A stretch of 64,000 nt of DNA from contig CBDESZ010000005.1 in NCBI GenBank assembly GCA_965242725.1, forward strand, positions 1 through 64,000. Direction: 5' to 3'. A model generated the notes under the pieces. The model had not been told where the DNA came from. It made no database searches and was given only the letters and a program-made list of their open reading frames with translations. The position numbers and the translations under genes were made by a program. This document shows positions 38,838 to 49,158 of the stretch, piece after piece; position 1 is the stretch's first letter; every line of letters begins with the position of its first letter. Source of the DNA: Alkalispirochaeta sp. GTDB taxonomy: Bacteria > Spirochaetota > Spirochaetia > DSM-27196 > Alkalispirochaetaceae.

Positions 38838-39998
38838 ATGAAAATCGTACGCGCTGTGCTGCCTCTCGGTGTTTTACTGTGCGGCCTTTCAATCGCCGCC
38901 GCGGATATCGGAGCGGAAGAACATTTCATCGAAATCCCGCTCACCTATTTCGGCGAAATCGGGTGTGCCCACTGCGATACCTTCGTGGAGAAGGATCTGC
39001 CCGAACTGACGGCCGACTACGGCGTCACCTTTAAGGTGGAGCTCCGGGATATTCTCACCGCAGAGGGATATGAGGCGTGTCGGGAGCGTCTTGCGGAAAT
39101 GGGCAGGGAGTTTCGCGTCTTTCCGGTCCTCTTTGTGGGGAATAACGCCTATCAGGGAAATTCGGCAATCGAATCGGGGTTGGACGCGGAAATCCGCCAT
39201 GTCCGGGAGACGGGCGAGTTTCGCCCTCAGGTTCCCTCCGGTCTCGACGGTTCCCGGAGTTCCGACCGATTCAGGACACTCCTGAGTGATTCCCTGCCTT
39301 TGATCCCTATCTTTCTCGCCGGCATGGCAGACGGTATCAATCCGTGCGCCTTTACCACGATGCTTTTTCTCATTTCTCTGTTGACGATGTTTGGAAGGGG
39401 GAAGGCGGAGATCCTTTCCATCGGCCTCATATACGCCGCCACCATATTCGCGACCTATTTCACCCTCGGTCTCGGCCTGTTGACGGTACTTCGTAACGCG
39501 ATGGATGTTTCAATCCTCCGCATCGTTCTGCGTATTGCCGTATCGTCGAGCGCGCTTGTCTTTGCCGTCTTCTCTGCCCGGGACGCCGTGCTCATGAAAA
39601 AGGGAAGAAGCGGTGAGGCCGTCCTCCAGTTGGGAGCGCGGACGAAACGGAAAATACACGGTGTCATGAGGTCAGGCGCGGGGCGGGGCGGTATCGTTTT
39701 GGGAACTATGGGCGCCGCGTTTCTTGTTTCCCTCCTGGAACTTGCCTGTACGGGACAATTGTATTTCCCCACCATTGCGTACCTGGTCCAGACCGGCTCT
39801 ACCGAAGGGAAGGAGCTTCTCGCCCTCGGGTTGTACAACGTTGCCTTTATCCTTCCCCTCCTGATGCTGTTTGGGGCGGTCTTCGTCGGCGTCCGATCAC
39901 CCGTCGCCAATCGATGGTTTCGCGAACACGCCGGTGCGGCAAAGATGTTGACGGCGGCGGCGCTGCTGCTTCTTGCAGGCGCCGTGTGGGTCGTATAA
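38838..39998 (+). CDS. Thioredoxin-fold (CAHC) + CcdA/DsbD-like transmembrane protein
   Basis: GCAHC; DGINPCAF and LELACTGQLY transmembrane cysteines. Confidence 0.82.
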   Translation: MKIVRAVLPLGVLLCGLSIAAADIGAEEHFIEIPLTYFGEIGCAHCDTFVEKDLPELTADYGVTFKVELRDILTAEGYEACRERLAEMGREFRVFPVLFVGNNAYQGNSAIESGLDAEIRHVRETGEFRPQVPSGLDGSRSSDRFRTLLSDSLPLIPIFLAGMADGINPCAFTTMLFLISLLTMFGRGKAEILSIGLIYAATIFATYFTLGLGLLTVLRNAMDVSILRIVLRIAVSSSALVFAVFSARDAVLMKKGRSGEAVLQLGARTKRKIHGVMRSGAGRGGIVLGTMGAAFLVSLLELACTGQLYFPTIAYLVQTGSTEGKELLALGLYNVAFILPLLMLFGAVFVGVRSPVANRWFREHAGAAKMLTAAALLLLAGAVWVV

Positions 39999-40004
39999 AT
40001 TCAA

Positions 40005-42071
40005 ATGATGGAATGCCATATACGTCCGGCGACGCCGGAAGATCTGCCCTTTCTTGAAGCGCTGGAGGCGGCGTCATTTCCTCCCGGGAGGCGGGTTACC
40101 CGACGTTCCCTTCGACAGAGTCTGGTGAGTCCCATGCAGACCGTGCTGATTGCCCACGTTCACGGCGGTACCGATGGGGGAGGCGTGGCCGGCCCCGACA
40201 GGGTATCGGCACCGGCTGATTCACACGGCAGGCAATCAAATGAGGAGCACGTCGTCCCGGCGGAGCAGGAGGCGGGGGCCGTCATTTTTTTCACCTTCCG
40301 AAAATCGGTTCGCATTTACTCCCTGGCCGTGCTGCCGGAGTTCCGTGGTGAAGGAGTGGGGGAACAGCTCATTCGTGCCGTCTTTGAAGAAGCGCGTATC
40401 GCCGGGATTGCCGCGGTCACTCTGGAGGCGGATGCCGCAAATGACCGGCTTCTCGAATGGTATCGGGGGCTCGGCTTTACGCCTCGGACGGTGCTTCCCG
40501 ACTACTATGCAGACGGTGAGGATGCCGTACGCATGGGGCTCTCCCTTATCACCCAGGAAGACGGCAGTGACTGGCAGTCCGCCAACCCGTCCATTATCGT
40601 CGTCCTCGATAAGCCGTCACAATGGCCCCTCTCTATTCCCAATGTGGAGGTCGTTTCTCCGCGTATGTATCTGGAGGATTTGCGCTTCCAGGTGAGTGAA
40701 GCCTATCGGGTATTCAATTTGTGCGAGAGTTATCGGAAGCAGAAGATGGGTTACTATGTTTCCCTTCTCGCATCCGCCCGGGGGCACAAGGTTGTACCGT
40801 CGGTGATCGGAATCAACGACTTTTCGAACGTCACGCTGGCAAAAAGTGTTGTGGAAGAGGTCTCTCCCCTGATACAGAAACGCCTTGAAAAGGTACGCCC
40901 GGCGGAGTTTGAACTGGATGTCTACTTTGGTGACACCCCTTCCCGGGGGTATTCCGATCTGGCGGCGAAGTTGCAGGCACTTCTTGAGCTCCCTCTGTTC
41001 AGAATCGTCTTTGCCCGCGCCAACGGTCAGTGGCAGGTAAAGCGGGTACAGGTCCTCTCGTTCACCTCGATACCGGACGAGCGGATCGAGAAGGTGGGCC
41101 GCTTTGCCGCACGGTTCTTCCAGCGAAAGCGTTTCAACCGTCCCCGTCTGAAGCATTACCGCTACGATCTGGCGATTCTCGTTAATCCAAATGAAAAGAC
41201 GCCGCCCTCCTCGGCGGAGGCACTTGCGCGCTTCAAGGAGGCGGGCCAGCAGGTAGGTCTCTTTGTCGAGATGATCACCAAACAGGACTACAGCCGCATC
41301 AACGAGTATGACGCACTTTTTATCCGGGAGACGACGGCCGTCGAGAACCACACCTACACCTTTGCCCGCAGGGCGTATACTGAAGGGTTGGTGGTCATCG
41401 ACGATCCGTGGTCAATCCTTCGCTGCTCCAACAAGATGTTCCTCTATGAACGGCTGGCACGGAATCGAATCCCCCAGCCGCGGTCGTGGATTCTGGTGAA
41501 GGGAAAGATTCAGGAGAGCCGGCTGAAGAAGCTTTCCTTTCCTCTGGTGCTGAAACTTCCGGAGAGCAGCTTTTCCCAGGGAGTCTATCGTGTCGATTCC
41601 ATGGATGAACTGCATTTGCAGCTGAAGAAGATGTTCAAGACCGTGGAGGTCGTCATCGCCCAGGAGTTTGTGCAGACCGCCTATGACTGGCGGATCGGAA
41701 TCCTGGACAACGCCCCGCTCTTTGCGTGCAAGTACCACATGGCCTCGGGCCACTGGCAGATCTATAACTGGAAGAGTGACGAGGAGAGTGACGATTTTGT
41801 GGGGGACGTGGAGACATTCCCGATCCCGCAGGTTCCGCCGCAGATTGTACAGACCGCACTTCGCGCCGCGGCATGTGTCGGTGACGGCCTGTACGGTGTC
41901 GACGTGAAGGACATCAATGGCAAGGCCCACGTTATCGAGGTCAATGACAATCCGAATATTGACGCGGGAATCGAAGACGCCGTTCTGGGAGGCGAAATGT
42001 ACCACCGCGTAATGATGTCCTTTTACAACCGCATAGAGCGGGACCGCCTCGTTCCACGCTTTGTGAGTTAG
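40005..42071 (+). CDS. GNAT acetyltransferase fused to RimK-like ATP-grasp ligase
   Basis: RIYSLAV.PEFRGEGVG, DYY..GEDA; NLC.SY....GYYVSLLA.ARGH; LKLPESSFS, DWRIG, YGVDVK, IEVNDNPNID. Confidence 0.9.
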   Translation: MMECHIRPATPEDLPFLEALEAASFPPGRRVTRRSLRQSLVSPMQTVLIAHVHGGTDGGGVAGPDRVSAPADSHGRQSNEEHVVPAEQEAGAVIFFTFRKSVRIYSLAVLPEFRGEGVGEQLIRAVFEEARIAGIAAVTLEADAANDRLLEWYRGLGFTPRTVLPDYYADGEDAVRMGLSLITQEDGSDWQSANPSIIVVLDKPSQWPLSIPNVEVVSPRMYLEDLRFQVSEAYRVFNLCESYRKQKMGYYVSLLASARGHKVVPSVIGINDFSNVTLAKSVVEEVSPLIQKRLEKVRPAEFELDVYFGDTPSRGYSDLAAKLQALLELPLFRIVFARANGQWQVKRVQVLSFTSIPDERIEKVGRFAARFFQRKRFNRPRLKHYRYDLAILVNPNEKTPPSSAEALARFKEAGQQVGLFVEMITKQDYSRINEYDALFIRETTAVENHTYTFARRAYTEGLVVIDDPWSILRCSNKMFLYERLARNRIPQPRSWILVKGKIQESRLKKLSFPLVLKLPESSFSQGVYRVDSMDELHLQLKKMFKTVEVVIAQEFVQTAYDWRIGILDNAPLFACKYHMASGHWQIYNWKSDEESDDFVGDVETFPIPQVPPQIVQTALRAAACVGDGLYGVDVKDINGKAHVIEVNDNPNIDAGIEDAVLGGEMYHRVMMSFYNRIERDRLVPRFVS

Positions 42072-42106
42072 CCGGGCGGGCCGGCGGTGAGGCGAGGCGG
42101 CGCCCG

Positions 42107-43585
42107 TTACCGATACCAGTGGTACGGTGTGGAATCGGTGTTTATGTATATCGTCTTGTACTGGCTGTAGCTTTCCAGGCTCGCTTTGTGGACCTCCCGT
42201 CCATATCCCGATTTGCCGAATCCGCCGAAGGGTGATCCGCTCGGGACGGGGTGGTAGTCGTTGATCCAGATTGTTCCGGTTCGAACCTGTCGGCTTACAT
42301 TGAGCGCCGTGTTGATATCGGCGCTCCAGACCGCTCCGGCCAGTCCGTAGGCGGAATCGTTTGCCGTCGCCACCGCCTCGTCGGCGTCTGAAAACATCTG
42401 GACTGCCAGTACGGGGCCGAATATCTCTTCCCGGGCGACCCGCATCTTCCCGGTAACGCCGGTAAGTATTGTCGGCGCCATGTAGGGACCCGAGTCGTAG
42501 ATGCCCCCGGGACCGCCGGAAAGGGGAACACCCCCCGTTGCAAGGGTCGCACCTTCGGACACGCCGATCTTTACGTATTCAAGCACCGATTTCCGTTGCG
42601 CCGCGGAGACGAGGGGACCCATTCGCGTCTCCTCCCGGAGGGGATCACCGACCGATATGGACTCGCACAATCCGACGAGATCCCTGATAAACCGGTCATG
42701 TACCTCCCGGTGGAGAAGGAGTCTGCTTCCGGCTGAACAGACCTGACCCTGGCTCATCATGATCGCCATTGCCGCCGCTTCAACGGCGCGATGGTAATCG
42801 GCGTCGGGAAAGACGATATTTGCCGATTTCCCGCCGAGTTCAAGCGTTACCGGTATGACCCGCTCCGCCGCTTTCGCGGCAACGTGACGTCCGACCTCCG
42901 TGGAACCGGTGAAACTCAATTTGGTGATTCCGGGATGAGAGAGGATCGCCTCACCGCAGGTGCTTCCGCTGCCGGGCAGAACGTTGATCAGCCCCGGCGG
43001 GACGATGTCTGCGGTGATGTCCGCCAGGGTGAGGAGACTCAGGGGAGTCAGGCTCGCCGGCTTTATCACCACTGCGTTGCCCGCGGCGAGAGCGGGGGCG
43101 AGTTTCCATCCGCTGATGAGAAAGGGGAAGTTCCACGGTACGATTGCACCGACAACCCCGAAAGGCTCCCGGACGATCATGCTCATGCGGTGCGGATCGT
43201 GGCGCTTTATCGCATCCTCGTCGCTATGGACGACTCCCGCAAAGTACCGGAACAGGTCTGCCACCGCGTCGATATCAAAGAGCGTTTCCGAGATTACCCT
43301 GCCGGTGTCCATCGTCTCCACTCGGGCAAGGTGCTCCCGATGCGAGGTAATGCGATCGGCGATTTCAAGGAGCGTGTCGGACCGTTCCGTAACGGGGCGC
43401 TCCCACCACGTTCGCCACGCCGCATCTCCCGCCGCAACGGCGTCGTCTACGTCAGCTGCCGTCGCGGCGGCGACGCGGGAGAGCACTGCGCCACCCGCAG
43501 GGTTGTGGACAGGAAAGGAGTCCCCGGAGCGTGCGCTCCGGAAACTCCCGTTGATAAAGAGACCGTACTCTTTCTTCACATCCAT
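42107..43585 (-). CDS. NAD(P)-dependent aldehyde dehydrogenase
   Basis: PWNFP, FTGSTEVG, LELGGKS, GQVCSAGSR, EEIFGPV. Confidence 0.95.
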   Translation of the reverse strand: MDVKKEYGLFINGSFRSARSGDSFPVHNPAGGAVLSRVAAATAADVDDAVAAGDAAWRTWWERPVTERSDTLLEIADRITSHREHLARVETMDTGRVISETLFDIDAVADLFRYFAGVVHSDEDAIKRHDPHRMSMIVREPFGVVGAIVPWNFPFLISGWKLAPALAAGNAVVIKPASLTPLSLLTLADITADIVPPGLINVLPGSGSTCGEAILSHPGITKLSFTGSTEVGRHVAAKAAERVIPVTLELGGKSANIVFPDADYHRAVEAAAMAIMMSQGQVCSAGSRLLLHREVHDRFIRDLVGLCESISVGDPLREETRMGPLVSAAQRKSVLEYVKIGVSEGATLATGGVPLSGGPGGIYDSGPYMAPTILTGVTGKMRVAREEIFGPVLAVQMFSDADEAVATANDSAYGLAGAVWSADINTALNVSRQVRTGTIWINDYHPVPSGSPFGGFGKSGYGREVHKASLESYSQYKTIYINTDSTPYHWYR

Positions 43586-43590
43586 TGGCG

Positions 43591-44484
43591 TCAGAGGTAT
43601 CCGTTCTCGGTAAGCCATTCCCTGGCGATGTCGGCCGGCTCAACGCCGTCGTCATAGAGCACATTCAGTGCACTCATCGTCTCGGTGTCTATCGCTCCGC
43701 CGAGAGAGTTCAGCGTTTCAATGACTTCGGAGTAGTTCTCTATGACCTCGTCGGCGATCACGTATGCTCCGTTGTAGGCGGGGAAGAACTCCTTGTCGTC
43801 GGGGAGCATCACCAGGTTGAGACGGGCGATGCGGCTGTCCGTGGAGTACGCCGCAGCCACGTCGACTTCACCGGCGTCAATGGCGCGATAGATGAGGCCG
43901 TACTGCATGGGCAGGACGTCGTCAAACTCGATTCCGTAGTGCTCACTCCAGCCGGGATAGGCGTCGGGACGGATGTCGAAGTTGTCGTCCCCAGCGAGGA
44001 CCCACTCCTCGGCGAGACCTGCAAGATCGCTCGCCTTTTCGAGGCCGTACTCCTCTGCCGTCTCCTCCCGGACCACCATGATGTAGGTGTTGTTGAATCC
44101 GAGCGGTTCCGACCAGGTGTATCCGAAGTTCTCTTCAAATCCGTCCTTGACGTAATTCCACGTCTCTTCAGCCGTCAGCTGTTCCCCTTCGTAGCGCAGA
44201 ACACCGGTGAGCTGCGTGCCCGTCCACGTCGGATAGACATCGATTTCATCACCCTCCATTGCCTGATGGAGGACGGAGGAACCGGTGAAACTCGTGTTGA
44301 TCGTCGCGGAATAGGGCGTCTTCTCCTCGATAAGAATCTGTGCCATATGACCGAGAATGACCATCTCGTTGACATCCTGGGCGGCCACACGGATCGTCGG
44401 GGCTTCACCCTCGGCGCTTCCACTGCCAAAAACCATTCCGCCGGCAATTGCCGCCATCAAGAAAACCAGAAAAATTCGTCGCAT
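43591..44484 (-). CDS. Osmoprotectant-type (OpuC/OsmF-like) ABC substrate-binding protein
   Basis: IDVYPTWTGT, PLGFNNTY, RPDAY, AYSTDSRI, DDKEFFPAY. Confidence 0.9.
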   Translation of the reverse strand: MRRIFLVFLMAAIAGGMVFGSGSAEGEAPTIRVAAQDVNEMVILGHMAQILIEEKTPYSATINTSFTGSSVLHQAMEGDEIDVYPTWTGTQLTGVLRYEGEQLTAEETWNYVKDGFEENFGYTWSEPLGFNNTYIMVVREETAEEYGLEKASDLAGLAEEWVLAGDDNFDIRPDAYPGWSEHYGIEFDDVLPMQYGLIYRAIDAGEVDVAAAYSTDSRIARLNLVMLPDDKEFFPAYNGAYVIADEVIENYSEVIETLNSLGGAIDTETMSALNVLYDDGVEPADIAREWLTENGYL

Positions 44485-44522
44485 GTGTTTCTCCTTTCGC
44501 GTCAAATTTTGAAACTTCAATA

Positions 44523-45221
44523 TTAATCGTGAGCCGGTATTCCCAGCTTCGCTTCCTTTTTAATGATCCGCCGGGCGCGCCGGTCGGGGCTTACGTAGGT
44601 CTGAAACCACCGCAGACCGTAATCGGCTATGAGGGCCAGCACCGTCGCCGGCAGCGCTCCCGCGAGGATGACCTCGTTTCTGATCGCCGAGAGGCCCGAG
44701 AAGATGAGTCTTCCCAGCCCGCCGCCGCCTATCGCCGCCGCGAGGGCGGCGGTTCCGATGATCCACACCGATGCAACGCGAATACCCGAAATGATCACCG
44801 GCATTGCCAGGGGTATCTGTACCCGCGTCATGATCTGCAGCTCCGTCATGCCCATTCCGCGGGCGGCGTTGGTGAGCTGGACGGGCACGTTCTTTATACC
44901 CGTATAGGTGTTCTGCAGCACCGGCAGCATGGCGTAGAGAAAGAGCGCCGCAATGGCGTTGTCATTGCCGATGCCGAAGACGAAGATGAGAAAGCCGAGC
45001 AGCGCGAGGCTTGGCACGGTCTGAAAAACGTTTGCCACGGCGATGACATAGGGAGCGATTTTTTCGTTTCTCGTTAGATATATGCCCAGGGGTACGCACA
45101 CGACGACGGTGAGGGCGAGGGCGATGCCGGAAATTGCCACGTGTTCCCAGGCGAGGCCGAGCACGCGGTCCCAGTTTCGGCTGAGATATGTCGTCAGGAG
45201 CTGGAAAAAGTTCTGGTTCAC
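44523..45221 (-). CDS. Osmoprotectant-type ABC permease
   Basis: QTVPSLALL, AARGMGMT EAA loop, IGGGGLG. Confidence 0.92.
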   Translation of the reverse strand: MNQNFFQLLTTYLSRNWDRVLGLAWEHVAISGIALALTVVVCVPLGIYLTRNEKIAPYVIAVANVFQTVPSLALLGFLIFVFGIGNDNAIAALFLYAMLPVLQNTYTGIKNVPVQLTNAARGMGMTELQIMTRVQIPLAMPVIISGIRVASVWIIGTAALAAAIGGGGLGRLIFSGLSAIRNEVILAGALPATVLALIADYGLRWFQTYVSPDRRARRIIKKEAKLGIPAHD

Positions 45222-46348
45222 GAGTGTCCTCCTCCCCGGGTGAGGCGGGTAATGGTGAGTCTGGCGATCCCGCCGTTGGTGATGACCCCGGCGAGCCCTC
45301 CCTGGGGGGTGAGTACCGGAACCGGCGCGTCCAGATCGACGAGGAGTTCCGCCGCGTCCCGGACGGTTGCCTCGGGGAGCGTCAGCTTGCGGTCTTTGCG
45401 TCCAAGGGGCCCCACGGTGGAGTCACCCCGGCGCTCCGCCTCCAGCAGATCCGAGAGGTATACCATGCCCTTCCAGACTCCCTTCGCGTCGACGATCTGT
45501 GCCGTTTCCCGGCTCAGTTCTTCAAGCCCTTCAAGGACGACCGTCGGATCGGTGGCGGGACGAATGGTAAGGGGTGCCTTCTCGATCAGGGTGTCTACGG
45601 GGCTTTCAGGGGATATCTGGGAGAGCCGGTCTTCTCCGATGAAGCTCCGGACAAAATCACTCACCGGTTGATTCTGGAGGTCCTCCGCCGTACCGAGTTG
45701 TTCGATCTTTCCCCGGCGCATGAGGACGATGCGATCGCCCAGCTTCAGCGCTTCGTCGATGTCGTGGGTCACAAAGATGATCGTCTTCTGCACCCGCTTC
45801 TGCAGTTCCAGCAGTTCCTGCTGCAGTTTTCCCTTGGTGATCGGATCGAGCGCACCAAAGGGTTCATCCATGAGGATTACATCGGGATCCGCCGCAAGGG
45901 CGCGGAGGACGCCGATGCGTTGCTGCTGTCCTCCGGATAACTGGGCGGGCAGGCGGTTGCGGTACACCTTGGGGTCCAGTCCGGACATCTCCAATAGCTC
46001 GTCGATCCGCTTTCGCGTCCTTTTCCCTTTCCATCCAAGGAGGTTGGGAACGGTACCGATGTTTTCCCCTACCGTCAGGTGGGGCATGAGGCCGATTTCC
46101 TGAATGACGTAGCCGATGTTCCGACGCAATTCCACGGGGTTTGTGGTTGCGACATCCCTTCCGTCCACGAGCGTCGTGCCGTCGGTCGGCATTTCCAGGC
46201 GGTTGACCATTTTCAGGCTCGTCGTCTTGCCGCAGCCTGAAGGACCGATGAAAACGACAAACTCTCCTTTGGCAATGGACAGGCTGAGATTGTCCAGAGC
46301 GGTCGTGCCGTCGTCATAGACTTTCGTCACATTTCTGAATTCAACCAC
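45218..46348 (-). CDS. Osmoprotectant-type ABC ATPase with CBS domains
   Basis: GPSGCGKTT, LSGGQQQR, LMDEPFGALD; GTG start after AGGAGG. Confidence 0.92.
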   Translation of the reverse strand: MVEFRNVTKVYDDGTTALDNLSLSIAKGEFVVFIGPSGCGKTTSLKMVNRLEMPTDGTTLVDGRDVATTNPVELRRNIGYVIQEIGLMPHLTVGENIGTVPNLLGWKGKRTRKRIDELLEMSGLDPKVYRNRLPAQLSGGQQQRIGVLRALAADPDVILMDEPFGALDPITKGKLQQELLELQKRVQKTIIFVTHDIDEALKLGDRIVLMRRGKIEQLGTAEDLQNQPVSDFVRSFIGEDRLSQISPESPVDTLIEKAPLTIRPATDPTVVLEGLEELSRETAQIVDAKGVWKGMVYLSDLLEAERRGDSTVGPLGRKDRKLTLPEATVRDAAELLVDLDAPVPVLTPQGGLAGVITNGGIARLTITRLTRGGGHS

Positions 46349-47480
46349 CCAATACCTCCTCAAGTCGGGAAAGAAAGATCGAATTGTCGCCGGTGGTGCC
46401 GACGGAAACGCGGAGATGGCGGTGAAATCCCCACCCGGAGCAGCTGCGCACGATAACGCCCTTTTGCAGCAGCTCCTCGGTGACACGGTCGGCGGCGTGC
46501 GTTCCTTCATCGCATTGATACGATTCAGGGAGTTCAAAAAAGACGAAGTTGGCCTGGGACGGGACGACAGCTGCTCCCAGATCCGCCAGTTCCCGTTCAA
46601 GGCGGCGTCGCTCCGAAATGATCGCCGCCACGGCCATCGATACGGAATCCATCCCGTCGGTGATCGTCGCCAGGGCTCCGGCGATGCCGATTCGGTTGGC
46701 ATTAAAGGGTTCCGCCACTGTGTCAATGGCGTGAATCGTTTCCGGCGCGGCCACGGCGTAGCCCATTCGGGCGCCCGCCAGGCCGTACGCCTTGGAAAAG
46801 GTCCGAACGACGATTACGTGTCGACCCTCGCCGATGAGGGTTTTCCAGTCCGGCAGGAGCTCGGGCGCCGCAAACTCCGCGTACGCCTCGTCGAGTATGA
46901 GCCACCCGTCCGAGGGCAGGGCGTCAAGCAGGCGGTGCAGATCGGTGTGGGCCGTCACCGTTCCCGTCGGATTGTTTGGATTACAGAGCCAGACGAGCTT
47001 TGTCCGGTCGGTGACCTTTTCCGTGAGAGCGTCCAGGTCGACACGGAAATGGCGGTCCAACGGGACGTTGTGTATCGTCCCGTCCATGAAACGGCTTATT
47101 TCCCGATACAGACCATAGGTCGCACCAGGTATGAGCACGTCGTCACCGGGTTGCACAAACATGCGTGCCAGCGTCTCAAGCATCCCCCCCGCACCGTGGG
47201 CCACGGCGATATGGTCTTCCGACAGTCCGTACAACGCACCGATGCGTCGCCGGAGTTCAATAAAGCTGTTTTCCGGATAGGTATGGATGAGCGGCAGTGC
47301 CTGCTGCATCGCATCAAGCGCCGCCGGGAAGGGGGCGTGAGGGTTTTCATTGGAGCCGAGTTTGACAACCTTGCTGAGCCCCAGCTCCCGGCGCACTTCC
47401 TCGGTTGTTTTGCCGGCGATATAGGGATGAACGTCTGAAATGGTTCTGCGTACGCCGGGCAATCTTTTTCTGTCTGTCAT
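46341..47480 (-). CDS. HisC-like PLP aminotransferase (class II)
   Basis: KLGSNENP, CNPNNPTG, LDEAY, RTFSKAYGLAGARMGY. Confidence 0.9.
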   Translation of the reverse strand: MTDRKRLPGVRRTISDVHPYIAGKTTEEVRRELGLSKVVKLGSNENPHAPFPAALDAMQQALPLIHTYPENSFIELRRRIGALYGLSEDHIAVAHGAGGMLETLARMFVQPGDDVLIPGATYGLYREISRFMDGTIHNVPLDRHFRVDLDALTEKVTDRTKLVWLCNPNNPTGTVTAHTDLHRLLDALPSDGWLILDEAYAEFAAPELLPDWKTLIGEGRHVIVVRTFSKAYGLAGARMGYAVAAPETIHAIDTVAEPFNANRIGIAGALATITDGMDSVSMAVAAIISERRRLERELADLGAAVVPSQANFVFFELPESYQCDEGTHAADRVTEELLQKGVIVRSCSGWGFHRHLRVSVGTTGDNSIFLSRLEEVLGG

Positions 47481-49078
47481 GCTTCAATCTCCAGTACCGT
47501 CGGGCCTTCACGATGCATCGCCTCTTCAAGCTTCCGATGGAGGAGGTCAATGTCCGATACCCGTTCACCTGCGGCGCCGTAGGAGCGGGCGAGAGCGATA
47601 AAGTCCGGTCCGAGGTTATCCACGGCGATGCGTCTGCCGGGGTGCCGAATTTCCTCCTCCCGGCGGATTTCTCCGTACCCCCGGTCGTTCCAGATGACAA
47701 TCGGTATTGAAAGCTTCTCCTGTACCGCAACGGCGAGTTCCTGGAGGGTAAACTGGACGCCTCCGTCTCCCGCGAGAGCGACCACCCGCGGCCGATCCGC
47801 CCGTGCGGCAACGCCGATCGCGGCGGGCAGGGCGTAGCCGAGGGTTCCGAATCCCGCGGGATGGAGGAATCCACCGGTACGCCGGGTGGCATACTCGCTG
47901 ATTGCGCAATAGGCGATCGTGGTCATGTCGGCGGTGAGAATACCCGGTTCGCCTCCGCCGTCGTCGGAGAGAGCGGCGGATATCTGTTCCAGAACTGTCC
48001 TCATGCGGTCAACCTGCGTATCCGGCTGCCCGAGGACCGCGGGGAGGGCGGCCGTCGCCGCGCGGCGCAGCGACGCCACGTGTTCCACCGTTTCGTCGTA
48101 TCTTCTTTCGTCAATTCCGTCGGACGGCGATGCCTTCAGAAGTGCTTTCAGAACGGCCGCGGCGTCCATCCGCAGGGCTGCTGCGGGGGTGGACACTGCA
48201 AAGAGGTGCGCCGCCTCGACGTTTATGGCGATCACCTTTCCCCGGGGGGTGAAATTCTCCGTCCACAGGTCGGTACTTGAGAGTTGCGAGCCCACGACCA
48301 TCACCGCGTCGGCGGACTCGATTTCCCTTCGAATTTCTCCGATGTGAAGCCTGCCGCCCAGACTCAAGGGGTCGGTCTCCGGAATGACTCCCTTTCCGGC
48401 GGCGGTGGTAACGACGGGGGTGCCCCACCGTCGGGCAAAGGCGAGAAGTTCCCGATGAGCCCCCGCGGCGCCTCCTCCTGCGATGATGTATCGGCGAGGG
48501 GCGTTCCGGAATATGGAGAGAACTTCCTCAAGGGCAATTGCCTCTTCGGTCGTCTCCTGCAGCACATCGATTGGTATTTCCACGTGGACGGGGCCGGGCC
48601 GGCCGCTCGTCGTCAGCCGATAGGCGTATGCGAGGGTCTCTTCTATTCCGACAGCCTCTTCCACGCGAATCCGCTCCTTCGTAACGGACGAGGTCATCGT
48701 GGTGGGTGATTCAAGCTGATGAAGGTAGCCCCGACTGCCGTTGCGGTAGTGCCGGGGTATGTCGGAGGAGATCAGCAGCAGGGGGACCGAGTCATGACGG
48801 GCCTCACCAAGGGCGGTCAATGAGTTCGTGAGACCCGGGCCGCTGATTACGAGGGCGACACCGGGAACGCCGGTCTCCCGGGCGTATCCGTCCGCCATGA
48901 AGGCGACGCCGCTCTCGTTTCTGCCGGTAATATGTCGGATGGGACTGTCCAATAATGCGTCGTAGACATCCAGATTATGTATGCCCGGAATACCGAAAAG
49001 AGTGGTAACTCCAAGTTTTTCGAGGGTGGAGACGAGGATTTGCGCCCCCGTTTGTGGCTGTGTCGATCTGTTCCTCAA
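47477..49078 (-). CDS. ThDP-dependent enzyme, AruI-like 2-oxo-acid decarboxylase
   Basis: FGIPGIHNL, MADGYAR, GPGLTN, HPAGFGTLGYALP, GDGGVQFTLQEL..WND..YGEIR. Confidence 0.85.
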   Translation of the reverse strand: MRNRSTQPQTGAQILVSTLEKLGVTTLFGIPGIHNLDVYDALLDSPIRHITGRNESGVAFMADGYARETGVPGVALVISGPGLTNSLTALGEARHDSVPLLLISSDIPRHYRNGSRGYLHQLESPTTMTSSVTKERIRVEEAVGIEETLAYAYRLTTSGRPGPVHVEIPIDVLQETTEEAIALEEVLSIFRNAPRRYIIAGGGAAGAHRELLAFARRWGTPVVTTAAGKGVIPETDPLSLGGRLHIGEIRREIESADAVMVVGSQLSSTDLWTENFTPRGKVIAINVEAAHLFAVSTPAAALRMDAAAVLKALLKASPSDGIDERRYDETVEHVASLRRAATAALPAVLGQPDTQVDRMRTVLEQISAALSDDGGGEPGILTADMTTIAYCAISEYATRRTGGFLHPAGFGTLGYALPAAIGVAARADRPRVVALAGDGGVQFTLQELAVAVQEKLSIPIVIWNDRGYGEIRREEEIRHPGRRIAVDNLGPDFIALARSYGAAGERVSDIDLLHRKLEEAMHREGPTVLEIEA

Positions 49079-49158
49079 TACGAGTCCTTTACTGTATAAA
49101 TTACTATTCGGTACACTGCGCGATATTTCGAATGAACTATCGTGGTAATCGTTAGAAA

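Noticed and set aside
46349..46726. N-terminal extension of the ABC ATPase ORF
   Set aside because: Overlaps the aminotransferase; the SD-supported GTG start is at 46348
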